Source: a virus
Taxonomy: Duplodnaviria; Caudoviricetes
Length of the DNA: 56,918 nucleotides
IMG/VR virus record: IMGVR_UViG_3300043410_002441
Location: 1-56,918 of that record
Reading direction: 5' to 3' (one strand)
Numbering within the stretch: the first letter of the stretch is position 1; every line of letters begins with the position of its first letter. The notes below the pieces were generated by a model. The model did not search any database and had not been told where the DNA came from. It was given only the letters and a program-made list of their open reading frames with translations. The translations under genes and the position numbers were made by a program. Shown piece after piece: positions 39,301 to 46,955 of this stretch.

Positions 39301-39471
39301 GAACGCTAACAATGGTTCAGTCTCAACATAACTACCCCTTTCAGGATCCTGTTTAATCTTATGGATTAGATTTGTTTCAGCATCATACTCGACATTGACG
39401 ATGTATTTTTCATCATCATGACCATTTAAAAACTTTTCTATTTCTTCAGGGGAAATCTTGTATTCAGCCAT
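36373..39471 (-). CDS. polB: Family B DNA polymerase with Macro-like insertion in the exonuclease domain
   Basis: ExoI FDLETTG, ExoII GYNSANFD, ExoIII YLIDD; Pol motifs DYNSLYP, KIFINSMFG, DTDG. Confidence 0.95.
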   Translation of the reverse strand: MAEYKISPEEIEKFLNGHDDEKYIVNVEYDAETNLIHKIKQDPERGSYVETEPLLAFMWIKNLNKIKELVNFYGNSDSKIKAARQRFGIEIKALGGDHPKLHEGYRYLVTCTQGHKRMLDFFREGGIYVYDTRHDIRSHFLMLSPVEQYFIHTGKRLFKGFEEYDEIHKYIFDLETTGLDPAINRIFLIGIYTNKGFQEIIPVEDDDESERQAIIKFFERINEIKPTIIAGYNSANFDWPFFFKRCEVLGLDITQIAITLKVGELINNKDGMLKLGNEVENYTQTNMFGYSIIDIIHSARRAQAIDSSMKSTSLKYVCKYNKIAKKNRVYIVGDRIGNTWYSKDKFYFDDRTGSYAKTKPALEFMDYIRREDIQANPNKIFVFGDNMMREGLGGQAKEMRGEPNVIGIVTKHSPDSNPESYFNDKDFDNIKKHIDSDINKIIEQIKLGKTIVFPKMGIGTGLAQLDMRAPKTFKYLKGLLSALRSYIDTFQEVDGKYIVERYLIDDLWETMEVDAVYNQTSFMLAKLIPTTYQRVSTMGTAGLWKLLMMTYSFENDLAIPVSDVKRDYTGGLSRLFKVGYSTTLRKMDYNSLYPAIQLAHDVFPSVDVNGAMKAMLKYFHTERFKAKNLASKYKKEGNHQLADKYKRKQLPLKIFINSMFGALGAPMAFQWAEIDVSERITCTARQYLRLMVKFFMKRGYTPLVLDTDGVNFMAPKTGEPYTYVGKGLNDEVEAGKEYTGVKAVVAEFNDTYMRGEMGLGLDGIWPATINLSRKNYALLEDDGSISLTGNSIKSKAMPVYIEEFLAVAMKMLLNGDGYGFVQYYYQYAEKVYNKEIPLAKIATKAKVKKSINGYVNRGTDKNGKQLAKQAHMELAIKHNLDVNLGDVIYYVNNGKTKSHGDAQEDKHGNMYATLVPNDIIENQPNYIGEYNVPKYLEALNNKVQPLLVAFSLDVRDKILIRKPEDKQMFLKSELELVNDQPTDIEDQDTLHEFFTPSQMEKEFWKKMDYEPDYWFSETVTLKIPGLDEEFTV

Positions 39472-39488
39472 AAAATTTTATTTTGGCA

Positions 39489-39521
39489 CAAATATAAGAA
39501 AAAAATTATCGAAAAACCAAA
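39489..39521 (-). promoter_or_regulatory. Bacteroidota-type promoter for DNA polymerase
   Basis: TTTG-N21-TATATTTG. Confidence 0.7.
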
Positions 39522-39527
39522 AAAATA

Positions 39528-39929
39528 TTAAACAATGTCGGTTTTTACAAATGAATCAAGGATGTGGATGTATAATTCTTCCTGGATCGGTGCAATTAAT
39601 TCACCATAAACTTGGGTTGGGTTTGCTAAATCAAATAAAGTTAGTTTGAACTCACCAAGAAAAATACCTGGTTTATCGGTATCATCTTTAGTAAATTGAT
39701 AAGTAATTATGTAATGTTTATAACCATTTTCATCACAAGGGTTTTCAAGAGCAATATTTGCGGCTTTATTTGCAACTTTATATATACCAGTTTTTTCATC
39801 TTTCATGGCAAATGTAGCCACACAATTTTCGATCAACTCTTCAAAACGTCTAAAATCGTTACGTCCGTCTCTGAAAACTTTCATTTTCAAAATTGGTAAT
39901 GTTGCATTTTGTCTTATACTGAATATCAT
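39528..39929 (-). CDS. BppU-N-like Ig-fold virion protein
   Basis: FSIRQNATLP...YQF...DT...G.F.GEF pattern. Confidence 0.5.
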   Translation of the reverse strand: MIFSIRQNATLPILKMKVFRDGRNDFRRFEELIENCVATFAMKDEKTGIYKVANKAANIALENPCDENGYKHYIITYQFTKDDTDKPGIFLGEFKLTLFDLANPTQVYGELIAPIQEELYIHILDSFVKTDIV

Positions 39930-41680
39930 TAGAATAGGTTTTTTATAAATATTTGTCTACCACCATTTATTATAGGTAAATTGTATATACCAGCAATATT
40001 TCTAGTTTCTTTTTTAACTTCAACAGTATACAAAGGTAAGCAATACATCTTAAAAGATTTAACACCACCCAAAAATGTTCCAGCAAAGAATTTTTCAAGA
40101 ACCGTATTAATATGTTTGGTATTATCTAGTAAAACAGCGTTCATTAAATTTTGGGTACCACCACCAAATGAAATATTAAATGGTACACCTTCTTGGTATT
40201 TTGCGTCAGTATCCAATTCATGCGGGGTGACCTCAACAAAATTATTATTCCTAAAAACTAAGAATCCGTTTAAATATATTGAGAACGTACCTTTTTTATA
40301 GTCACCGTATTTTAACTGACAATTATTACCATAAGCAAAATCTCTCTCAAACACACCAGTTACATTTAAAAATTTTTTCTCACTAACATTTATAACTGGT
40401 ACTTTTGTATAACACTCTTCAATAGTAAAATATTTTGTAACAATTAAAGCCCTTGTGTAGTTAACACAAGGATCGTCTGGTTCCATTATAAAAGAATTAT
40501 TTGTTATACCACTAACTTCTTGAGTAGCCCCAGTATAACAAATATCAGTTGGGTATATTGTTCTGTAGCCAATTCTACCGTCATTTGTAACCCTAATACC
40601 AAAAGCGTTATAAGTTAAATCACTATATTTTTGGTGATATTGTAATGGTTGTGAATCAACTGTATAATTTCTACCCGTATACATCAAACCATTGTAGTAG
40701 TTGAAGTATCCGATGTAATTTGTTAAACCATCCAATGTTATTGCACTATTGTAAGTGTATAAATTATTTGTATCTAAAGGTATTACATTATATTCGTTTT
40801 GTAATTTTTGAACCTCAACAGTTGTTTGATCAGCAAATTTATTTTCAGCTCTTGTTCCCATGTAAAAAATGAAACCACTATTATTTGGATAAACTTCATT
40901 TAATGTTAAACAACTTCCAGATGAACCAGAGCTGCCAGATGAACCAGACGAGCCAGAGCTACCTGAGCTACCAGAACTTCCAGATGAACCAGAGCTACCT
41001 GAGCTACCAGAACTTCCAGATGAACCAGAGCTACCTGAGCTACCAGAACTTCCAGATGAACCAGAGCTACCAGATGAACCAGGTAAATCCATTGGGAAAT
41101 GAATGATCATGTCAACGGTCCAACCTCTTTTAGCTCGAGCAGGAAACCATTCAACATTCTCACCAAATATTTTATAAAAACCCTGATAAAAGCCACCGTT
41201 TAGTTTATTGTAATAAACACCATTGTCTAAATTCATGTGATCAATTTCATAACAATAGTTACCACTATAACCTGAAATTTCATGAAAACAGAAAGTGTCA
41301 CCACTTTCAACAATGTATGTTAAATTACTATCAACGTCAAGAATTATATTACTATTTGCTGTGTAACCAGTGGCACCATTACCAATATTACCCAACCAAC
41401 TAAAATTAGTGTTTAACCATACAGGTGCCGAATTATTCCAAACAAAATTATTAACATTAAATGTTGTGCCATTATGTATGAAATAATTGTCATAACCAGT
41501 TAAAGTTATATTTTTAAGTTCCACATTTTCTGTTTGTACAGCACCTGGTATAGAACATAGATCTTCCGTTAAATTTACGTTAATTAAATTACATTCGTTA
41601 TAATCACGATAAAAATCACGACAATCTTTTGTTACGATTAAATCAAAATAATCGCTATTATCTAGGGCTGTATAAAACAT
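39929..41680 (-). CDS. Putative virion (fibre/decoration) protein with LamG-like region and GSS repeat
   Basis: Beta-rich; SIYLNG...F.G.VKSFKMY LamG-like C-terminus; internal (GSS)18. Confidence 0.55.
   Translation of the reverse strand: MFYTALDNSDYFDLIVTKDCRDFYRDYNECNLINVNLTEDLCSIPGAVQTENVELKNITLTGYDNYFIHNGTTFNVNNFVWNNSAPVWLNTNFSWLGNIGNGATGYTANSNIILDVDSNLTYIVESGDTFCFHEISGYSGNYCYEIDHMNLDNGVYYNKLNGGFYQGFYKIFGENVEWFPARAKRGWTVDMIIHFPMDLPGSSGSSGSSGSSGSSGSSGSSGSSGSSGSSGSSGSSGSSGSSGSSGSSGSSGSSGSCLTLNEVYPNNSGFIFYMGTRAENKFADQTTVEVQKLQNEYNVIPLDTNNLYTYNSAITLDGLTNYIGYFNYYNGLMYTGRNYTVDSQPLQYHQKYSDLTYNAFGIRVTNDGRIGYRTIYPTDICYTGATQEVSGITNNSFIMEPDDPCVNYTRALIVTKYFTIEECYTKVPVINVSEKKFLNVTGVFERDFAYGNNCQLKYGDYKKGTFSIYLNGFLVFRNNNFVEVTPHELDTDAKYQEGVPFNISFGGGTQNLMNAVLLDNTKHINTVLEKFFAGTFLGGVKSFKMYCLPLYTVEVKKETRNIAGIYNLPIINGGRQIFIKNLF
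40913..41080 (-). repeat. (Gly-Ser-Ser)18 coding repeat with three exact 36-bp units
   Basis: CCAGAGCTACCTGAGCTACCAGAACTTCCAGATGAA x3 at 40953-41060. Confidence 0.95.
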
Positions 41681-42771
41681 TATATTACTTTAATTGGTTT
41701 TTGGAACGCTCTATATTTAAGAGCTTTGTTAATTTCTTCAGCTTCAGATGACATTCTTTTAAGAATTTCCAAAGGATTTAATTTAAACATTCTGTCTTCT
41801 AATTCTTTTTTAAGTGTAACCATTTCATCTTTACCTTCGGATAAAAGTGATTGATATTCAATCTCCATGTTAGCATCAGGTACAGGTATTTTACCGCCAA
41901 AGGTACCCCTAACTCTACCCAAAGTTTCTTTACATAAAGCGATAAAATATCGTCTAATCCAAACTTTAGCTGGGTCGTTTAAATCATCAAATGATATATC
42001 ATCCAATGGAACATCAGCTGGTGATTTAATAATATCTTTGTTTTTAGCTAAACAATCATCTTTTATTAAAGGGTTTATATCATAATACCAATACCAAACT
42101 TTACCTTGATCAGCCAATGAACCTCTAAAATCAAACTTACTACCTGGAGTATTCATTAAATGAAGATATTTTTTACCTTCAGGTGCGTTTGTAATTTTAT
42201 AAATGAGTTCAGAACGGATTATTCTATTTTTAAGGTTTCTATCCGTTGTTCTCATTAAAATATCAAAAGCTGGTAAGATATAGTAACTACCAAGACCCAT
42301 ATATTCAGCACCAAATTGATTATTCCAAACACCTAAAAATGGGTCAATAACCGATTGATCCAAAGTTGCTGGGGTAAACCATAAAACCTCATTAATCTCT
42401 CTGTTAGCTGGTATTTCATAAATTTGTTGTCCTTTAACCAACTCAACGTAATCTTTTTTAAGAACATAACCACCTTCACCAGCACCAAGACCAACAATTT
42501 TTGAATAAGAATAAGTGTATTGTGTAACCAAATCAAAAGTTCTATAAATAAAAGCTCTTGTTAAATCAGCTTCACTAATACTTAAACCAATTAAACTAGG
42601 CCATTGATGTTCAATTAACCAGTTATTGATAAACTCAACATAGTCTTCAGTTGCAATTTCAAGAAGTGAGTCCATTTGCTCATCTTCCAATTGAATTTTT
42701 CTAATTGGGGCACCAAGCCTGTGTTTAGCCTGTTTGTATATTTTTTGTTTTTCAGCTGGATTTATTCTCAT
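41680..42771 (-). CDS. Neck/head-completion protein (gp13-like)
   Basis: RLGAPIRKIQLEDEQ, WIRRYFIALCKETLGRVRG. Confidence 0.75.
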   Translation of the reverse strand: MRINPAEKQKIYKQAKHRLGAPIRKIQLEDEQMDSLLEIATEDYVEFINNWLIEHQWPSLIGLSISEADLTRAFIYRTFDLVTQYTYSYSKIVGLGAGEGGYVLKKDYVELVKGQQIYEIPANREINEVLWFTPATLDQSVIDPFLGVWNNQFGAEYMGLGSYYILPAFDILMRTTDRNLKNRIIRSELIYKITNAPEGKKYLHLMNTPGSKFDFRGSLADQGKVWYWYYDINPLIKDDCLAKNKDIIKSPADVPLDDISFDDLNDPAKVWIRRYFIALCKETLGRVRGTFGGKIPVPDANMEIEYQSLLSEGKDEMVTLKKELEDRMFKLNPLEILKRMSSEAEEINKALKYRAFQKPIKVI

Positions 42772-42814
42772 GTTCTTAATATTTATTATAAATAGTTTTA
42801 AATACTGGAATATT

Positions 42815-43684
42815 ATGATAAAAAAATATAAAATTACTGAGTCGCAATTTCATTTATTAGAAAAATACTCAAAATATAAAGGAAATATCTTATTTGAAAG
42901 CGCTGATGATTTTGATCCACTCAGTTACCCAGATGATATAGATACTGGTGATATTAGTAATAGTTGTTTATTATCATTTAGTTCAAGTAACGCTAAAATA
43001 TCACACCCATATTTTTCTTTACCAGCTGGTTATACATGTCCATTCGCTAAATTATGTAAATCAACCGCTGATAGAGAAACTGGTAAAATAAAAGACACAA
43101 AAGATACCGAATTTAGGTGTTATGCCGCTTCACAGGAAGCTATTTATAAAAATACCAGGAACTCCAGATGGAGAAATTTTGATTTACTAAAAGAAGCGAA
43201 GACAAAAGATGGTATGTATAAGTTAATCAAAGATTCGCTTGAGTATAATTTACCAACCGCTAATTTGATTAGAATACACGAATCAGGGGATTTCTTTAAT
43301 CAAGAATATTTTGACGCTTGGTTACAAGTTGCTAAAGAAAAACCATCAACCACTTTTTACGCATACACTAAAGCAATACCATATTGGGTTGCTAGAATAG
43401 GTTCAATACCTAAGAATTTTAAACTAAACGCATCTAAAGGTGGTAGATATGATTCTTTGATCGATAATTATAACTTAAAGTATGCTGAAGTTGTTTTTTC
43501 TGTTGAGGAAGCTAAACAAAAAGGTCTTTATATTGACAAAGATGATAAATTAGCTTGGGCTCAAGATAAACCATTCGCTATTTTATTACATGGAACACAA
43601 CCAGCTGGTAGTGAAGCATCTAAAGCTTTATCCGCGTTAAAAAAACAAGGTTTTACTGGTTATTCTTCTAAAAAGAAACGTTAA
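42815..43684 (+). CDS. Gp88-like (radical-SAM-related) protein with N-terminal leader
   Basis: SLPAGYTCPFAKLC...CYA, RIHESGDF, YAYTK; start revised to ATG 42815. Confidence 0.75.
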   Translation: MIKKYKITESQFHLLEKYSKYKGNILFESADDFDPLSYPDDIDTGDISNSCLLSFSSSNAKISHPYFSLPAGYTCPFAKLCKSTADRETGKIKDTKDTEFRCYAASQEAIYKNTRNSRWRNFDLLKEAKTKDGMYKLIKDSLEYNLPTANLIRIHESGDFFNQEYFDAWLQVAKEKPSTTFYAYTKAIPYWVARIGSIPKNFKLNASKGGRYDSLIDNYNLKYAEVVFSVEEAKQKGLYIDKDDKLAWAQDKPFAILLHGTQPAGSEASKALSALKKQGFTGYSSKKKR

Positions 43685-45465
43685 GTTCTTAAACTTCCGA
43701 TAACTTCTTTACCAACAGATATTTCTTCTTCGGAAGGATTATCCCCCATAATTGTACTAATCACTTTCATCTTAGCCTGTAAAGCTTTATACATGATCAT
43801 ATCCAAAGTATCCGCAAATAAAGGATAAATAACGTGCACTTGATTCTGTTGACCGATTCTATGTGCTCTATCTTCAGCTTGCATGTGATTAGCTGGTGTC
43901 CAGTCCAAATCATTGAATATTACCACACTACTTTCAGTTAACGTTAGACCAACCCCAGCTGCTACAATATTACCAATAAAGACTTTAATCTTTTCATCAT
44001 TTTGGAATGAATCAACAGCCTGTTGTCTTTTTTCTTTTGAGGTGGATCCGTCAATTGTTACAGCTTTTTTACCAAAATGTGCTTGTAATTCTTTGATTGT
44101 GTTTGTAAAACAACTAAAAATGATGACTTTTTGGTCATTTTCAAGCATTTCTTCAGCCATTTCAATAGTATGTGCTATTTTATCATATGATAAAAGTTGT
44201 CTAACTTTAATAAGTTTTGTTAAGTGATCGGTAATTGTTGGTTTTTCACCAGCAGCTTCCATCTCTTCAATCCAAGCCTCATATTCAGCAATATAAGCAT
44301 TGTAACTTGTTGAGAATTCAAGTGGTAAATAAACTGGTTTAATAGTTTTTTGAGGTAAATCGATAGAATCATTCTTGGTTCTTCTTAGAATAACATCAGA
44401 TGAAAAATCTTTTAATTCTTCTAAATTAGAGGATCCAGAACAAACCCAATATTTTTGTTTGGTACCTTTACGGTTGAATTGTCTACCAGCACAATATCTT
44501 TTAACATAACCAACCCAATTAGCGGCTACTGGTGAGTCACACAAATACAAAAGATTATAGAAATCAATTGGTTTATTTGTGATCGGTGTACCAGTCAATA
44601 ACCATCTAACAGGTATTTTCATAGCAAAATCATTGAATATCTTGGTTCTATTTGATGTCGCGTTTTTGAGGTAGTGAGCCTCGTCAGCAATAACTAAATC
44701 GAATTTATGATAATCAATAGGTGATGTTGGTAAATCAGCAACTTTAACACCACGTCTTGGTAAATGGTGGAAATTTTTAAGAATATCATAGTTAACAATA
44801 GTCCATTTTTTAACCGTTAAATTACTACCATCCACAACACTGATGTTATCTGGTGAATCATAATTTGATATTTCTATTTTCCAATTTAGTTTAAGCGAGG
44901 CTGGACAAACAACCAATATCTTTTTAAATTGTCCTTCCATGGCCGCAATAATAGCGGATGTGGTTTTACCAAGACCCATTTCATCAGCCAGGATGAATTT
45001 ATCATTGGTTAATAATTTTTTAATAGCCGTGATTTGATGTGGTTTTGGATCTCTTTCATATTTTGTTGGATCAATCTCTGGTTCTGGTCTACTAACTTTA
45101 ACACATTCCTTTGAGATATAAAATGTGTAATATTTATCACAACCCTCTTCAAAACAACCAAATACATGTAAAAAATTATCTTTACGGCTAAGTAATTTAT
45201 TGATAAAAATTTTGTCTGGAATAAAATCCAATTTTAATTGTTCAGCAATAAAAGGTCTACATGATTTGCTTATATTAAACAATTTATTTACAACAACGGG
45301 CTCAACGTTACCATTTCTTACAACGTAATCGCTTTGGTTTTTTGTGGGTATAAAACTTTTACTAGTAAAGTATGTTTTTTGAATACTTAAGATGTAATCG
45401 TTTGTTCCCTTATAAACTTTTAATATATCTAGTGCCCTCTTTTCTATCGGTAACTGCATTTCCAT
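43681..45465 (-). CDS. SNF2-family helicase (SMARCAL1/HARP-like)
   Basis: LADEMGLGKT, DEAH, LTGTP, GVGLTL, QAEDRAHRIGQ. Confidence 0.93.
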   Translation of the reverse strand: MEMQLPIEKRALDILKVYKGTNDYILSIQKTYFTSKSFIPTKNQSDYVVRNGNVEPVVVNKLFNISKSCRPFIAEQLKLDFIPDKIFINKLLSRKDNFLHVFGCFEEGCDKYYTFYISKECVKVSRPEPEIDPTKYERDPKPHQITAIKKLLTNDKFILADEMGLGKTTSAIIAAMEGQFKKILVVCPASLKLNWKIEISNYDSPDNISVVDGSNLTVKKWTIVNYDILKNFHHLPRRGVKVADLPTSPIDYHKFDLVIADEAHYLKNATSNRTKIFNDFAMKIPVRWLLTGTPITNKPIDFYNLLYLCDSPVAANWVGYVKRYCAGRQFNRKGTKQKYWVCSGSSNLEELKDFSSDVILRRTKNDSIDLPQKTIKPVYLPLEFSTSYNAYIAEYEAWIEEMEAAGEKPTITDHLTKLIKVRQLLSYDKIAHTIEMAEEMLENDQKVIIFSCFTNTIKELQAHFGKKAVTIDGSTSKEKRQQAVDSFQNDEKIKVFIGNIVAAGVGLTLTESSVVIFNDLDWTPANHMQAEDRAHRIGQQNQVHVIYPLFADTLDMIMYKALQAKMKVISTIMGDNPSEEEISVGKEVIGSLRT

Positions 45466-45560
45466 TCATTTTCCCTTTAATTTATTATTATTCAATAATA
45501 ATAAATTTTTATGACAAAGTCAATTCATTAATAAATCAAAGTATTTATATAAAAACGGTA

Positions 45561-46082
45561 ATGGAAAGAAAAACTAGAATACCAAATACTAGGTTGAATA
45601 GATTTTATGACGAGGAAGACTTTCAACTAGAGATTGACATGGCAACAGAGTTAATTGAGGGTGATATGAACTTTACCGTAGTTTTATTTAGAGTTGATAG
45701 AGTTAATACACAAATGGATGATGTTTATGGTGAAAGTAATGTAAACGATATCAGATTTTTAGCTCCAGTAGAATTAAAAGTTATTCTTAACCTAGAAAAC
45801 GGTGAGAATAAATCATATTCACCAAATGGTAATTTAAGGTACCAAGATTACGGAAACCTTGAATTTACGGTTTTACAAAAACAATTAGACGAAAAAAATA
45901 CCGAAATAAGCTATGGTGACATAGTTGGTTATTCTGATAGAGAAAACAATTTTAAGTATTTCACGGTATTTGATGATGATACTATAAACACCGATAATGC
46001 GAGTAGTCATTATGGCTATAGAGGTTATTTTAGAAGAATAAAATGCACAAACGTTGACCCTAACGTATTTAAAGGGGTATAA
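45561..46082 (+). CDS. Neck/head-closure protein (gp14-like)
   Basis: DDVYGE motif; position before the tail genes; start revised to ATG 45561 after the late motif. Confidence 0.55.
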   Translation: MERKTRIPNTRLNRFYDEEDFQLEIDMATELIEGDMNFTVVLFRVDRVNTQMDDVYGESNVNDIRFLAPVELKVILNLENGENKSYSPNGNLRYQDYGNLEFTVLQKQLDEKNTEISYGDIVGYSDRENNFKYFTVFDDDTINTDNASSHYGYRGYFRRIKCTNVDPNVFKGV

Positions 46083-46084
46083 TT

Positions 46085-46852
46085 ATGGCTTTACCAGGTT
46101 CATTTAAAAAGAAAATTAACATCACACAACAACGTGAAAATATTGAGTATCCATACTCAATGCAAAGCGCTGCTGCTGAAAATATGAAAGATATGATAAT
46201 CAATAAAGATACGTATCTTCCTAAAGGTGTTATGCATATTGACTTAGACAGAGGTTTTAAAGAATTTGTTAATAATAATTTAGCCATAAGTATTGACGGT
46301 GAAAAATTACCAGTTTTTATGATGGGTATTCAAAAATGGAACGAGTTTTCACAAACTTGGAAATTTTCAGATGAATATAAAAACTTAAAAATACCTTTTG
46401 TTAACATAGTTAGGAACCCTGATACAAAATATGGTACAAATCCATCTTTAATTTATAATATACCAACTGGTAAGCATTATACATATGCGGAAGTACCAAC
46501 TTGGGATGGAAATAAGATGGGGGTTGATGTTTATCAGATACCGCAACCAATACCAGTTGACATTACTTATGATGTTAGGATATTTGCCTACAGACAACAA
46601 GAACTTAATAAATTTAACGCTGCTGTTTTAAAAAATTTCCAAAGTAGACAAGCCTACACCGTTGTTAATGGACATTATATACCTATTGTATTAGAAGACT
46701 CATCTGATGAAAGTCAGGTAACTGATTTGAACAATAAGAGATTTTACGTTCAGTTGTATAACTTCAATTTACAGGGTTTTATTTCAGATCCCGATGATTT
46801 TATTGTTAAACCAGCAATAAGTAGAACTTTTACAATAACTGAAAATACTTAA
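46085..46852 (+). CDS. Tail completion/terminator protein (gp15-like)
   Basis: PQPIPVDITYDV motif; directly upstream of sheath. Confidence 0.6.
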   Translation: MALPGSFKKKINITQQRENIEYPYSMQSAAAENMKDMIINKDTYLPKGVMHIDLDRGFKEFVNNNLAISIDGEKLPVFMMGIQKWNEFSQTWKFSDEYKNLKIPFVNIVRNPDTKYGTNPSLIYNIPTGKHYTYAEVPTWDGNKMGVDVYQIPQPIPVDITYDVRIFAYRQQELNKFNAAVLKNFQSRQAYTVVNGHYIPIVLEDSSDESQVTDLNNKRFYVQLYNFNLQGFISDPDDFIVKPAISRTFTITENT

Positions 46853-46955
46853 AAATAAAAAAAGAATTTTAAAAATGAAGAAGTAATCTGGTTTTTTGGT
46901 AAAAAATCTGATATTTATGAATAACATAAAATTAAATAAATAAAATTAACTAAAT

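Noticed and set aside
40913-41080. 36-bp repeats as a CRISPR array
   Set aside because: Units are contiguous with no spacers and encode an in-frame GSS tract.
3966-45560. N-terminal extensions in the ORF track (4040, 42734, 45372 starts)
   Set aside because: They run through terminators, promoters or opposing genes; downstream ATGs at 3965, 42815 and 45561 fit better.
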